From positions 32,001-96,000 of IMG/VR virus record IMGVR_UViG_3300044856_000216: DNA of 64,000 nt; one strand, given 5' to 3'. The notes beneath the pieces were generated by a model that was given only the letters and a program-made list of their open reading frames with translations, did not search any database and was not told where the DNA came from. A program made the position numbers and the translations under genes. Position 1 is the first letter of the stretch. Each line of letters opens with the position of its first letter. Source of the stretch: a virus. Of this stretch, positions 50,886-60,005 are shown piece after piece.

Positions 50886-51128
50886 TTATCTTTGTAAAAA
50901 GTAAATATAAAACCATTTTGGATATCCGTCTTGCCAAAATTCACAATAATGCCTATATCTGCTTACTTTATTCTCTTTGTATAATTCTGCGAGCAGCCTA
51001 CCAATTTCAGGAACTTTCGGTGCTCCATATAGATACCATTCTATTACTTTCGGATTAAATTCATTTATATATGCGTTTACAAAATTCTCTGATACAACAT
51101 CAATAAACCCATCTTTGTGTTGTAACAT
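50886..51128 (-). CDS. hypothetical protein
   Basis: 80-aa ORF in gene train. Confidence 0.45.
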   Translation of the reverse strand: MLQHKDGFIDVVSENFVNAYINEFNPKVIEWYLYGAPKVPEIGRLLAELYKENKVSRYRHYCEFWQDGYPKWFYIYFLQR

Positions 51129-51186
51129 ATAATTGAGTATCCATTGCTTTTTGCGTTCTTTTATAGCATATCACCTCCAAGGAAAG

Positions 51187-51420
51187 TTAAATTTCTTTGC
51201 CTCTATGTTCTATGAACCATCTATCAGCTATAGTATGTGTGAGTTCTATTTGCGTCATAATTACAGTATTCGCACCAAAATCTTTTTCATATTCTGTTTT
51301 AATCTTCCCAAGCTCTGTATTTTCGTCAAATCCACCATTCTTTTCTGCGTCAAGAAATTCAGAATAAAGAGCCGTTAATTCTAAGTCTGTTTTTGTTTCA
51401 AAAATATTTATATGGTTCAT
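51187..51420 (-). CDS. hypothetical protein
   Basis: 77-aa ORF in gene train. Confidence 0.45.
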   Translation of the reverse strand: MNHINIFETKTDLELTALYSEFLDAEKNGGFDENTELGKIKTEYEKDFGANTVIMTQIELTHTIADRWFIEHRGKEI

Positions 51421-51440
51421 ATTTAGTTATCTCCCCTTTT

Positions 51441-51462
51441 ATATATATATATATATATATAT
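51441..51462. repeat. (AT)11 dinucleotide microsatellite
   Basis: 22 nt of uninterrupted AT repeats, 20 nt upstream of the start at 51420. Confidence 0.9.
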
Positions 51463-51513
51463 TTATTTATATATATTTATTAATACTTAATATATTGATT
51501 AAATTTCTTTGCC

Positions 51514-52209
51514 TTATTCTGATTCAATATCAACTGGATTTTCCAATTTTAATATCTCATCTCTATGCTCTACCAACGCAGCACTTGCAATAGCATTTAT
51601 TTTATTCTGGCAAAATGACTCAATTTCTCCTTTTGCCTCCATAACCGTTTTGTCCATCTGTTCATTGAACTGGTCTGCAATAAAATCCAAGTTACATCCA
51701 AGATCCATACTTAATTTTCTAAGTTTAGATATTACAGCTTCTTTGTCTGCCTTTGTTAGTGCTTTCTTCTGTGAAAACAAATCAGTTACATCCTGAATTA
51801 ACTGCTGTGACTCATTCATTGCATTTTTTGTTTTACCTTTGAATTCATCAGTAAACTGTTCTCTTTTGCTAACAAAATCACACGGAGGTATTTTACCATC
51901 TTTTTCGGTATAGCGAATTGTTACTGGAATTCCTGTACCCTGTCCAAAAGATGTAATCGCTTCAGCGAATTGTGAATAACTCATCTCTATTTCTGCAATA
52001 GGAGCTTTGCCATAAACCCAATCTCTATTTAAGCCACGCTCTATTTCTGCATGTCTTAACTCCATTATTATTACATTACTATGTTCAATACTGCTTCCGA
52101 ATAATGGTGTCTTTCCACCATAAGCTCTATTAAACATAATAGTTCCATATGACGGATGGGAAGTTCTAGTCCCAAGATCTGTTTCTTCTACCTTATATTC
52201 ATTCTCCAT
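51514..52209 (-). CDS. hypothetical protein
   Basis: 231-aa ORF in gene train. Confidence 0.6.
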   Translation of the reverse strand: MENEYKVEETDLGTRTSHPSYGTIMFNRAYGGKTPLFGSSIEHSNVIIMELRHAEIERGLNRDWVYGKAPIAEIEMSYSQFAEAITSFGQGTGIPVTIRYTEKDGKIPPCDFVSKREQFTDEFKGKTKNAMNESQQLIQDVTDLFSQKKALTKADKEAVISKLRKLSMDLGCNLDFIADQFNEQMDKTVMEAKGEIESFCQNKINAIASAALVEHRDEILKLENPVDIESE

Positions 52210-52242
52210 ATGTTCTATTTTCCTTTCAAACTAACAGTAAGC

Positions 52243-52551
52243 TTAGATTCCCAAAATGTTTAATTCTTTTGAATTACGAAATAACATTAAGTCATCTTCT
52301 ATATCATTATGGTATCCATGATTATAAGCATATTTTCCAATATCTCTAATTGTTTTTAATCTTGTTTGTAAGTATATGTCTATGTCCATTTTTCTTACGT
52401 CTTTACGTTGTTCTGACGTTACAGATCCATTTCTAGTAAAGATACAGACCTGATCATTATTTACTTTGATTACATTACATGGATACCAATTTTCTCCAAT
52501 TCTGAATTCATACATAAAATTCCAATTTCCGTTACACTCTTCTAACGTCAT
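52243..52551 (-). CDS. hypothetical protein
   Basis: 102-aa ORF in gene train. Confidence 0.5.
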   Translation of the reverse strand: MTLEECNGNWNFMYEFRIGENWYPCNVIKVNNDQVCIFTRNGSVTSEQRKDVRKMDIDIYLQTRLKTIRDIGKYAYNHGYHNDIEDDLMLFRNSKELNILGI

Positions 52552-52586
52552 ATATCACCTCTCGGAACTTAGTTTCTTAGTAACAT

Positions 52587-52805
52587 TCAATATTCAATTG
52601 TATTGGCAATCTCTTTTATCTTATCTGCATTTAATGGTGCAACTGCATCTACTAATCTACCTTTAATTTCTTTATATTCTTTCGAATATGGATCAAATCC
52701 AGATAATTGACACCAATTTTCAATTTCTACTTCTAATTTACTTGCTTTTTTACAAGCTTCATTTTGCTGCCTGATCTTATTCTGTATATATTTAGGTATC
52801 TCCAT
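52587..52805 (-). CDS. hypothetical protein
   Basis: 72-aa ORF in gene train. Confidence 0.45.
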   Translation of the reverse strand: MEIPKYIQNKIRQQNEACKKASKLEVEIENWCQLSGFDPYSKEYKEIKGRLVDAVAPLNADKIKEIANTIEY

Positions 52806-52839
52806 ACAAATTTATTCTTCTTTCTACACATAAGTAAGC

Positions 52840-53214
52840 TTAGATTTCAAGTCCATTTTCCATACATTTTTCTGCAAATTCACTTGAATTATTTCCGACA
52901 ATTTTTCTATAAATATGATTCCAGTCGGTATTTCCAAATGCTATTTTCACATCACCTTCAAGATATGCGTTAAATGTATCAGATTCATCTTTGCTTAAAA
53001 CACAAGTTTTGTCCTTACAAACGCTGTCAAATTGTAACAATAATTCTAGCTCTGCAATTTCTGTTTTCAGTTTTTTCATATACAACAACGCATTGATAGC
53101 ATTGTCTTCATAATTTGATTGTTCAATGTTTTTCATATCAATTCTGAAATATTCTTGTTGATTTTTCAAATCTCGCTTTTTAGCAGCTAATCGCTGTTCC
53201 AATACATCATTCAT
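52840..53214 (-). CDS. hypothetical protein
   Basis: 124 aa; ATG after GGAAGGAGTGAATAAT. Confidence 0.55.
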   Translation of the reverse strand: MNDVLEQRLAAKKRDLKNQQEYFRIDMKNIEQSNYEDNAINALLYMKKLKTEIAELELLLQFDSVCKDKTCVLSKDESDTFNAYLEGDVKIAFGNTDWNHIYRKIVGNNSSEFAEKCMENGLEI

Positions 53215-53255
53215 ATTATTCACTCCTTCCACAAGAAAACTTGGTTTACTTGGCT

Positions 53256-53930
53256 TTAATATTTAATATTAGTCTCATCGGTTATTTTTCTTACAAGCTC
53301 ATCCAATTCTTCATATTTTTCAAGTAAATATTTTAATTCTTCAATAGTAATGTCTCTTTTTTTACTACTATCATTAGTATCATATACAAAGATACTTCCA
53401 TCACTGCAAGAACCAATATTCACCCCAAATGTCGTACCATAGTTTCTGTTTCTGTCTCTGAATTTCTGTTTTAATATAGAATATTCATCATGTTCTAAAA
53501 AATATTTATGTTCTAAATTTTCACATTCTTTTAACTGGCGATGAAAGACTTCATCAACATAATCTTTATAGGTATCATATCCACCTTTTCTATTAATATA
53601 TTGAATATTTCTTTCGCCCATAAAATAAATGCTTCCGTATTGGTATGAATTATCAATTAAATTTCTCTTATCATTTCTTTTGATCCATGCTTTGAGTGAT
53701 ACTGTTTTTACATCTCCCCAATTATCGGTCGGCATATCTTCTTTATCTTTTTCGAATTTCTCTGACAGCTCTAAGATATAGCTTAACTTGTTATCTTGTA
53801 TTTTATCAACAAATGCAATTTTATCTTCTCTTGTTATATCATGCTCACAGTTATATATTTTTTCTTTTCCAATTATTATACTGCTTCTCTGATTTAGCAA
53901 TTTCATGTCTTCCACGTTCCACTTAAACAT
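53256..53930 (-). CDS. hypothetical protein
   Basis: 224 aa; ATG after GGAGAGTGAAAAT. Confidence 0.6.
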   Translation of the reverse strand: MFKWNVEDMKLLNQRSSIIIGKEKIYNCEHDITREDKIAFVDKIQDNKLSYILELSEKFEKDKEDMPTDNWGDVKTVSLKAWIKRNDKRNLIDNSYQYGSIYFMGERNIQYINRKGGYDTYKDYVDEVFHRQLKECENLEHKYFLEHDEYSILKQKFRDRNRNYGTTFGVNIGSCSDGSIFVYDTNDSSKKRDITIEELKYLLEKYEELDELVRKITDETNIKY

Positions 53931-54090
53931 ATTTTCACTCTCCAATCTTTTTATTATTCTTCATCGTCATCTGTGTCATTAATAATTTCTATAATATCAT
54001 CAAGCGAAGTACAATCATCACAAGTCATAGTAAACTTGAATTCCTTGTTACTTTAATATTCTCTGTTTTAATAAGTAATGGTGCTATAAT

Positions 54091-54426
54091 TTATACAGCA
54101 CCATTATCTTCTAAAAATTTTCTATACATGTTTTCAATTCTATTCAAATCATCTTTGTGCAAATCACCGATTTTAAATATAAAGCTATCTTTTGTAAGTA
54201 GTGTTACTTTTGATACTCTCGCAGTTGAAGCTAATCTCAAACTCGCTTCTTCCCAATAGATAATAGGAGTATCATAAGGATCTTCTTTTCTTACCTTATG
54301 CTTTGTTATCTTGACAGATAATACACCAAGTAAATTTTCATCAAGCACCACAACAGGTCTATTCAGTATTCTACTTGGATCTTCTTCTAATGGAAATTCG
54401 ACAAACCATACTTCTCCTTTGTTCAT
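54091..54426 (-). CDS. MazF/PemK-like toxin
   Basis: 111 aa; GEVWFVEFP...NRPVVVLDE...VKITK... pattern; start overlaps the antitoxin stop by 1 nt. Confidence 0.6.
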   Translation of the reverse strand: MNKGEVWFVEFPLEEDPSRILNRPVVVLDENLLGVLSVKITKHKVRKEDPYDTPIIYWEEASLRLASTARVSKVTLLTKDSFIFKIGDLHKDDLNRIENMYRKFLEDNGAV

Positions 54427-54743
54427 TATTCAATACCTCTTTCTTTTTTCATTTTCTCAAACATATCATCCCATTCTGATTCAGTTGCCCAATCGTCAAC
54501 AGAAGATATTGTCGCTTTCCCTTCTTTATTGTAATTTGTATTTTTCATTGCTAACTGATATGATTTCAAGCCATATATTCCCGTATTCATATCAGGATGA
54601 AATGGTAAAGCCTGCTCTCTTACAGCTTGTTTAGCAGCCATTGTAAAGAAAGTAGTCATATCCATTCCAAGATTAGACATAAGCTCCTGTAATTGAGCTT
54701 TCAGTGTTTCATCAATTCTCATTGTTACATTTGTATTTGCCAT
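54426..54743 (-). CDS. RelB/DinJ-family antitoxin
   Basis: 105 aa; NVTMRIDETLKAQLQELMSNLGMDMTTFFTMAAKQAVREQALPF is the DinJ ribbon-helix-helix signature. Confidence 0.75.
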   Translation of the reverse strand: MANTNVTMRIDETLKAQLQELMSNLGMDMTTFFTMAAKQAVREQALPFHPDMNTGIYGLKSYQLAMKNTNYNKEGKATISSVDDWATESEWDDMFEKMKKERGIE

Positions 54744-54829
54744 ATATATATCACTCCTTTCTTTAATATTATTATATTCTCCATTTGCATCACTGTCAAT
54801 ACATTGTTATAACATTGCACATGAAACTA

Positions 54830-55450
54830 TTAATTCCTTCCCCATAAGTCATTTAATACTTTCTGATCACTTGGTAGATTCGAATAACTAATTCCAATAG
54901 TCTGCAACTTATAATATTCTTCTTTTGTAATGTCGATTCCATAATCTCCTTTAACAGTTTCTCTATAACCGAATTTATCTTGGCATTCAGGTCTGAAGTA
55001 CCATTTCTTATAAATTGGTTTATCTCCATGTTCCCATTTAAAAAGACAAGTAATTGTTCTTCCAGTAGCAATCTCCGTTGTAACCGATCTTCCAAAATAA
55101 GGATTATACTGCATATAAGCTAATTTACCACGTTCAATTGCATCTTGTTTGTCACGCTCACTCATTTCGAATAACTGCTGTGTACCTCTTCCATAAGAAG
55201 TGTCATACACTTTACTACTATTCACACCAACTGTAGAATATAATTTAACTCCATTTTTATCAGTTGTTTCAACTCTCTTTACTCGCTCTCCGTTGATGTA
55301 ATCATTGCAAAGTCTATCCATATAATGAACATTTCCTTTTTCATCAACTCTACGAGATACTTTTTTCATATCATAGTTATCTTTAGCTGCCTTTGCAGCA
55401 CTTCCTGCATAAATTCCTAAAAATGCCAACAATCCACCGAACATATTCAT
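54830..55450 (-). CDS. membrane-anchored protein
   Basis: 206 aa; N-terminal hydrophobic MFGGLLAFLGIYAGSAA. Confidence 0.6.
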   Translation of the reverse strand: MNMFGGLLAFLGIYAGSAAKAAKDNYDMKKVSRRVDEKGNVHYMDRLCNDYINGERVKRVETTDKNGVKLYSTVGVNSSKVYDTSYGRGTQQLFEMSERDKQDAIERGKLAYMQYNPYFGRSVTTEIATGRTITCLFKWEHGDKPIYKKWYFRPECQDKFGYRETVKGDYGIDITKEEYYKLQTIGISYSNLPSDQKVLNDLWGRN

Positions 55451-55467
55451 CAGCCACCTTTCTTATA

Positions 55468-55620
55468 TTATCTTCTCCATTTATCCATTTCGTCTACAGA
55501 CTTCTTGTTTAAGTTATTATACATATCTCTTCTCTTTTTTGCCTCATCTTTCTCATTAGCTTTCCAAGGAAGATAAATACATAAATATCCTGCAATCAAA
55601 CATCCAATTAACTGTGCCAT
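55468..55620 (-). CDS. small membrane protein
   Basis: 50 aa; GGAGGTAGTTATT ATG; MAQLIGCLIAGYLCIYLPW... Confidence 0.4.
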   Translation of the reverse strand: MAQLIGCLIAGYLCIYLPWKANEKDEAKKRRDMYNNLNKKSVDEMDKWRR

Positions 55621-55665
55621 AATAACTACCTCCGTCATCTTATTTCCGTTACCATATTACTATTA

Positions 55666-55839
55666 TTATATCACTACTATTTCATTATTAATAGTATCAA
55701 ATATCTCGTAGAAATTCTCTTCATAGATATTATCCAATTTATCGGTTTCCTCATACTCATTAAGGGCATATGTCGCAGCTTCCAATGACTCAAAACTGTC
55801 GATGACATTTCCACCTTGTCTGTCTCTGACCTCAAACAT
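55666..55839 (-). CDS. small acidic protein (first gene after the intron)
   Basis: 57 aa; GGAGGTGATTAT ATG; MFEVRDRQGGNVIDSFESLEAATYALNEYEE...; replaces track ORF 55677-55946, which runs across the intron 3' end. Confidence 0.45.
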   Translation of the reverse strand: MFEVRDRQGGNVIDSFESLEAATYALNEYEETDKLDNIYEENFYEIFDTINNEIVVI

Positions 55840-55872
55840 ATAATCACCTCCATTATATTATTCTCCAATCGA

Positions 55873-57725
55873 GTAGGAGGGAAATTTAACGAAATTTCCC
55901 GACCTCTCACACCACCGTGCGTACCGTTCGGTACACGGCGGTTCAATCAACTTAACAAGTAACGCACCTTTCGGTGTAGTAATCTAACATTGAGACTAAT
56001 CCAAATGAGGTTAGTCTCTTTGTACTTATAGCCTTTTGTATCCATCCATTGTGGGCGAGTCTTGCATATCTGTCTCCGCAATACGCTATTTTAAATGCTG
56101 CCCATCTTGGTACATCAAGTTTCATAAGGTTCTTTGCTCTGTTTTGTGGAGTTTTCCAATGTTTCCAAATGCACATACGAAGTCTGTATCTGATGCTACC
56201 ATCTAGTTCTCGACAAAGTGTTTTCATACTTCCAATTTTAAAGTAATTTATCCAACCTCTGATGAGTTGATTTAATTTCTCCACCTTGTAGCTGTTGCTA
56301 ACGCCCCAGCTACGGCATGTGAGTTCTTTCATTCTTTTCTTAAACTTCGCTACTGATTTTGCATGTGGTTTTGCCTTAAACTGATGTGCTCTTGTGTCAA
56401 AGTAGAACCCAAACCCAAGGTATTTAAGTCCGCTTGGTCTGTCTACTTTACTCTTTGTCATGTTGACCTTGAGACCTAGTTTCTCCTCAATAAATCGAGA
56501 TATGTTTCTCATTACCCGATTTGCAGACATTTCACTTCCAACCATGATAATACAGTCATCTGCATATCGCACAAAGTTAAGCCCTCGCTTTTCCATTTCC
56601 TTATCAAGTTCATTGAGCATGATGTTTGCCAATAACGGCGAAAGATTTCCTCCTTGCGGTGTTCCCACAATAGAATCCTCATATTCATCGTCTATCATGA
56701 TTCCGCTGACAAGGTATTTCCTTATGATAGAGATAACATCTCCATCTTTTATAGTTCTGCCTATGATAGTCATAAGCTTGTCATGGTTTACCGTGTCAAA
56801 GAACTTTTCCAAGTCAATGTCTACAATCCAATCGTTACCATCATTCATCATGTCAAGTGCTGTTAGGATTGCTTGCTGTGCACATCTATTCGGTCTGAAT
56901 CCATAACTATGTTCATGGAATTGTTCCTCGTAGATTGGTGTTAATACCTGTGCAATGGCTTGCTGTATGAATCTGTCTGTTACTGTTGGTACTCCTAGGT
57001 TTCTGACACCGCCATCGGGCTTTGGTATCTCCACTCTTCGTACTGGTTGAGGTTTATACTTTCTTGTCCCCAACTGTTCCTTGATGATTTCGCCGTTCTT
57101 TTCAAGATGTTCTTTGAGTTCCGTGTACTTCATTCCGTCCACTCCCTCTGCACCTTTATTTCGTACGACTTGCAGATATGCTCTGTTGAGATTATCGCTA
57201 GATAAAATCTGCTCCATTAGACTACTTGTGTCCATGCGTTCTTTCCTTTCCGTCTCGCTTGATTTGACCATCTTTTACCCGATTGGTTACGGCAGATGTT
57301 GCCATTTCTGCAATACGAGACATACTCAAACTTATTGATTGTTCGCCCCTTCGCTCCATTTCCATTACAGAAACTTCTTCACTACTATGGGCTCGGCTGA
57401 CTTCTCACAGTTCGTTGTTACTAGGCTAATAGAACCTCTGTGAGACCTCCACGCTTAAGGTGCACGCTCTTTCTCTCCATACATCCGCCACATTTACTCT
57501 GCTACTACAAAAAGTGATAATTATTAGACTTCGTTGCTTTTAGCCAACTTATCTCTCATAGCCTAGCCTTATATGTGATTTCTATCCGTCGGACCAGAGA
57601 TTTGCTTACAGCTTCCTTCAGATTCCATCTCACGATGAACACCCTTGCTGTTCAGCTATACACTTCCCACTATCTGGGCGTGTTCGGGACTTTCACCCGT
57701 TAGAGCGCGCCCATGGCGCGCAAAC
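55873..57725 (-). mobile_element. group II intron, class IIC-like (ends +/- a few nt)
   Basis: 5' end GTTTGCGCGCCATGGGCGCGCTCTAACGGGTGAAAGTCCCGAAC closely parallels the Oceanobacillus iheyensis IIC intron as I recall it; domain V ACCGCCGTGTACC-GAAC-GGTACGCACGGTGGT at 55905-55940; domain VI GGGAAATTT-CGTT-AAATTTCCC; RT/maturase ORF inside. Confidence 0.85.
55952..57235 (-). CDS. ltrA: group II intron reverse transcriptase/maturase (no endonuclease domain)
   Basis: 427 aa from ATG after AAAGGAAAGAACGC; RT blocks PKPDGGVRNLGVPTVTDRFIQ, YGFRPNRCAQQA, DIDLEKFFD, GTPQGGNLSPLLAN, RYADD; X/maturase C-terminus; no HNH. Confidence 0.9.
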   Translation of the reverse strand: MDTSSLMEQILSSDNLNRAYLQVVRNKGAEGVDGMKYTELKEHLEKNGEIIKEQLGTRKYKPQPVRRVEIPKPDGGVRNLGVPTVTDRFIQQAIAQVLTPIYEEQFHEHSYGFRPNRCAQQAILTALDMMNDGNDWIVDIDLEKFFDTVNHDKLMTIIGRTIKDGDVISIIRKYLVSGIMIDDEYEDSIVGTPQGGNLSPLLANIMLNELDKEMEKRGLNFVRYADDCIIMVGSEMSANRVMRNISRFIEEKLGLKVNMTKSKVDRPSGLKYLGFGFYFDTRAHQFKAKPHAKSVAKFKKRMKELTCRSWGVSNSYKVEKLNQLIRGWINYFKIGSMKTLCRELDGSIRYRLRMCIWKHWKTPQNRAKNLMKLDVPRWAAFKIAYCGDRYARLAHNGWIQKAISTKRLTSFGLVSMLDYYTERCVTC

Positions 57726-57726
57726 T

Positions 57727-57758
57727 AAAAAAACAGACAACCTTTCGATTGCCTGTTT
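57727..57758 (-). terminator. rho-independent terminator used as the IIC intron insertion site
   Basis: minus strand AAACAGGCAA-TCGAAAGG-TTGTCTGTTT + TTTT, 26 nt after the stop at 57784; the intron 5' G follows 2 nt after the U-tract. Confidence 0.65.
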
Positions 57759-57783
57759 CAAGTCATATATTTATTTTACAGTA

Positions 57784-58251
57784 CTACAACACATACATTA
57801 TATAGTACCATTTTCCTTCAATTTCCACACATCCCCAATCAGTGCAAGGTTTATGTGTTCTAACCATCTCTCTTACCATGTCAGAATATCCATCATCTGC
57901 ACAACAGCTATCCCATTCTTCACAGTATCCTTCAAGACCTTCCTCTAAATCTCGGTATATAGTTGTGCCAGTTTCCAAGTATTTCTTTGCTTCTGCTTTT
58001 GTACAATTATCTTCAAGAAGAATATCTATATCATCAGGGATAACCTCTATTCGATCTTCAACTCTCATTCCGTCTGCTTTATACTCTAAATACTCTCTAA
58101 GATCATCGACATCATTTACTTCTTCCCATTTATCATGCATTTCTTCACCAAATATTTCAATGTCTGGTTCAAAGAAATCTTTAAGTTCATCGAAGCTCAT
58201 TTCCTTAGTATATTCAGCCTTATTGTCTATGTCAAACACTCTATACTTCAT
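57784..58251 (-). CDS. acidic hypothetical protein
   Basis: 155 aa; ATG after GGAGGTATGTATT. Confidence 0.6.
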   Translation of the reverse strand: MKYRVFDIDNKAEYTKEMSFDELKDFFEPDIEIFGEEMHDKWEEVNDVDDLREYLEYKADGMRVEDRIEVIPDDIDILLEDNCTKAEAKKYLETGTTIYRDLEEGLEGYCEEWDSCCADDGYSDMVREMVRTHKPCTDWGCVEIEGKWYYIMYVL

Positions 58252-58266
58252 AATACATACCTCCAA

Positions 58267-58452
58267 TCATAAATCCATTATATCAATTCCAAACTCTGAT
58301 TTCAAGACATTCTCAAAATCTGGATCAATCTCACAGTATCTCTTAATGAATTCATTGTTACTACATGGTGCAAGTTCTTGATGCACCTGTTCTCTTACAT
58401 CGCCATTCATAAATATTGCAATTGCTGGCATCGCATATTTACTTATTTCCAT
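58267..58452 (-). CDS. hypothetical protein
   Basis: 61 aa; ATG after AAGGAGTTTGATAAA (track start 58494). Confidence 0.45.
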   Translation of the reverse strand: MEISKYAMPAIAIFMNGDVREQVHQELAPCSNNEFIKRYCEIDPDFENVLKSEFGIDIMDL

Positions 58453-58466
58453 TTTATCAAACTCCT

Positions 58467-58631
58467 TTACAAACACTGTGCAAATAGTATACACATTCTC
58501 TTAGGATTTGTGTACGTTATTTTTTTCTTCGTTATTTTGTTATACACAGTAATACTCAATTGCTTTGTGAGCAGATTTTGATTTAGTATTATCTGTTTCT
58601 CTTTTGTGTCTTTCAATAACATATCATTCAT
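58467..58631 (-). CDS. small hypothetical protein
   Basis: 54 aa; GAGGTGTCA ATG; read by hand. Confidence 0.3.
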   Translation of the reverse strand: MNDMLLKDTKEKQIILNQNLLTKQLSITVYNKITKKKITYTNPKRMCILFAQCL

Positions 58632-58668
58632 TGACACCTCACTTTCTCCAAGAAATTTCCGTTTCTTC

Positions 58669-58842
58669 CTAATCGCTAATCGGTAGCCAATTTACAACCG
58701 CTGGCATTTGAATTAAGCTTTCTGTTTTCTGTATATCTTTTTGCATTTCTTTTATGTCTTCTGTAGTTGGTGGAATATTTTTAAAATTATATACCGCACT
58801 ATATATTCCGTTTTCCGTATAAAATATTACTAAATGTTTCAT
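58669..58842 (-). CDS. hypothetical protein
   Basis: 57 aa; ATG after GTGAGGAAAACAAGT. Confidence 0.4.
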   Translation of the reverse strand: MKHLVIFYTENGIYSAVYNFKNIPPTTEDIKEMQKDIQKTESLIQMPAVVNWLPISD

Positions 58843-58878
58843 ACTTGTTTTCCTCACTTTCCGCAGTAAATCATCGTT

Positions 58879-59109
58879 TCATTCACTCTTACTATTTAAA
58901 GCATCTATAAGACCTTTCCCATTCTCTATACTAGATAATTTTAATTCTACATCAGCTATCGTACTAGCAGAAACCATTTTAACAAACTCAAATGATACTT
59001 GCCCGTTATTATTCTCTGCTACTACTTCAAGTCCATGAATTAATGCTTCTAATCCAGCTTTCATGCCACCTAAGAAAGCTAATTGAATATTATTATCAAT
59101 TTTTTCCAT
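58879..59109 (-). CDS. hypothetical protein
   Basis: 76 aa; ATG after GGAGGCAGAC. Confidence 0.45.
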   Translation of the reverse strand: MEKIDNNIQLAFLGGMKAGLEALIHGLEVVAENNNGQVSFEFVKMVSASTIADVELKLSSIENGKGLIDALNSKSE

Positions 59110-59142
59110 GTCTGCCTCCATTCTTCAAAGGAAACTCTTGAT

Positions 59143-59373
59143 TCATAGTGACGTATATTCCGTCATTTCTGAATCTCCACGTTCTATTGTAATTCCTGTC
59201 CTATAATATTTTTTATTTGTTGTCTTACTCCATTCAACGATTTCATTCTGCATTCCGTCAACGAAGTTAAATCCACGATTAACGAGGGCAATAATCAAAT
59301 TCTCTATATTGTCTGCAATACAAATTTGATTTCCATAACCATTCCTTGTGGAAAAATCTGCTGTAAATTTCAT
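59143..59373 (-). CDS. hypothetical protein
   Basis: 76-aa ORF in gene train. Confidence 0.45.
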   Translation of the reverse strand: MKFTADFSTRNGYGNQICIADNIENLIIALVNRGFNFVDGMQNEIVEWSKTTNKKYYRTGITIERGDSEMTEYTSL

Positions 59374-59388
59374 ACTTATACCTCCATT

Positions 59389-59601
59389 CTATCCCATACA
59401 TCCTAATTCAAGAACATCAGGATTATCAGCAAACCAATGATTATCAATATTTTCAATTTCAATCATATCTTTGGTTATCACTGACTCGTATCCTCCATGC
59501 TCTGTATATGCTTTTAATACTTTCTGTTTGGCTTCCTCTTCTGTATCAGCTTTTACAATTCCATAAGTGTCATCGTCAAATGTGTATATCCAAAACTTCA
59601 T
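59389..59601 (-). CDS. hypothetical protein
   Basis: 70-aa ORF in gene train. Confidence 0.45.
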   Translation of the reverse strand: MKFWIYTFDDDTYGIVKADTEEEAKQKVLKAYTEHGGYESVITKDMIEIENIDNHWFADNPDVLELGCMG

Positions 59602-59607
59602 AGATCA

Positions 59608-59796
59608 TCACTCCTTATCATCTTCCCAATAAGCATTTACATCATCTTTGTTATCCTTGTCATCATCCCAACAATTAAATCCACATTTTACTTTTGCTTT
59701 ACAATCCCATTTCTTATCACAATAATAACAACATCTATCATCTTTGTAACTGCAATCGTCTGTTTCAGGCTTTACATAATTTCCACATTTGTACAT
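59608..59796 (-). CDS. small Cys-rich acidic protein
   Basis: 62 aa; 10 Cys (CCYYCDKKWDCKAKVKCGFNC). Confidence 0.45.
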   Translation of the reverse strand: MYKCGNYVKPETDDCSYKDDRCCYYCDKKWDCKAKVKCGFNCWDDDKDNKDDVNAYWEDDKE

Positions 59797-59802
59797 ATAT
59801 CA

Positions 59803-60000
59803 TCACTCCATTTCTAACTCTCTTCTAATTACAGTATCAACAAACCATTCAACTTCTTCTGGAATTTCCTTTTCGCACTCATATAATTTGTTATGAAATT
59901 TTCCATCATTATATGTTTTAATCACAAATGATTCTTGATTATATATCAACCAATACTCATTATCTCCTGTTTGTCTAAAGTGAATATCAATATCTTGCAT
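59803..60000 (-). CDS. hypothetical protein
   Basis: 65 aa; ATG after GAGAGGTGATAATT. Confidence 0.45.
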   Translation of the reverse strand: MQDIDIHFRQTGDNEYWLIYNQESFVIKTYNDGKFHNKLYECEKEIPEEVEWFVDTVIRRELEME

Positions 60001-60005
60001 AATTA

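Noticed and set aside
55677-55946. 89-aa minus-strand ORF from the track
   Set aside because: Its first half is translated across domains V/VI and the 3' end of the group II intron. A 57-aa frame with a proper GGAGG SD (55666-55839) explains the downstream part better.
57842-58381. Long plus-strand ORFs (57842-58381 179 aa; 47544-47999 151 aa; 56460-56906 148 aa; 41746-42180 144 aa; 38872-39258 128 aa; 11996-12364 122 aa and the many 60-110 aa ones)
   Set aside because: Each lies antisense to a better-supported minus-strand gene with recognisable motifs or SD sites. Their products are Ser/Leu/Phe-rich and low in complexity, as expected for shadows of acidic AT-rich genes, and none has a convincing SD. 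Only 46934-47143 is accepted on the plus strand.
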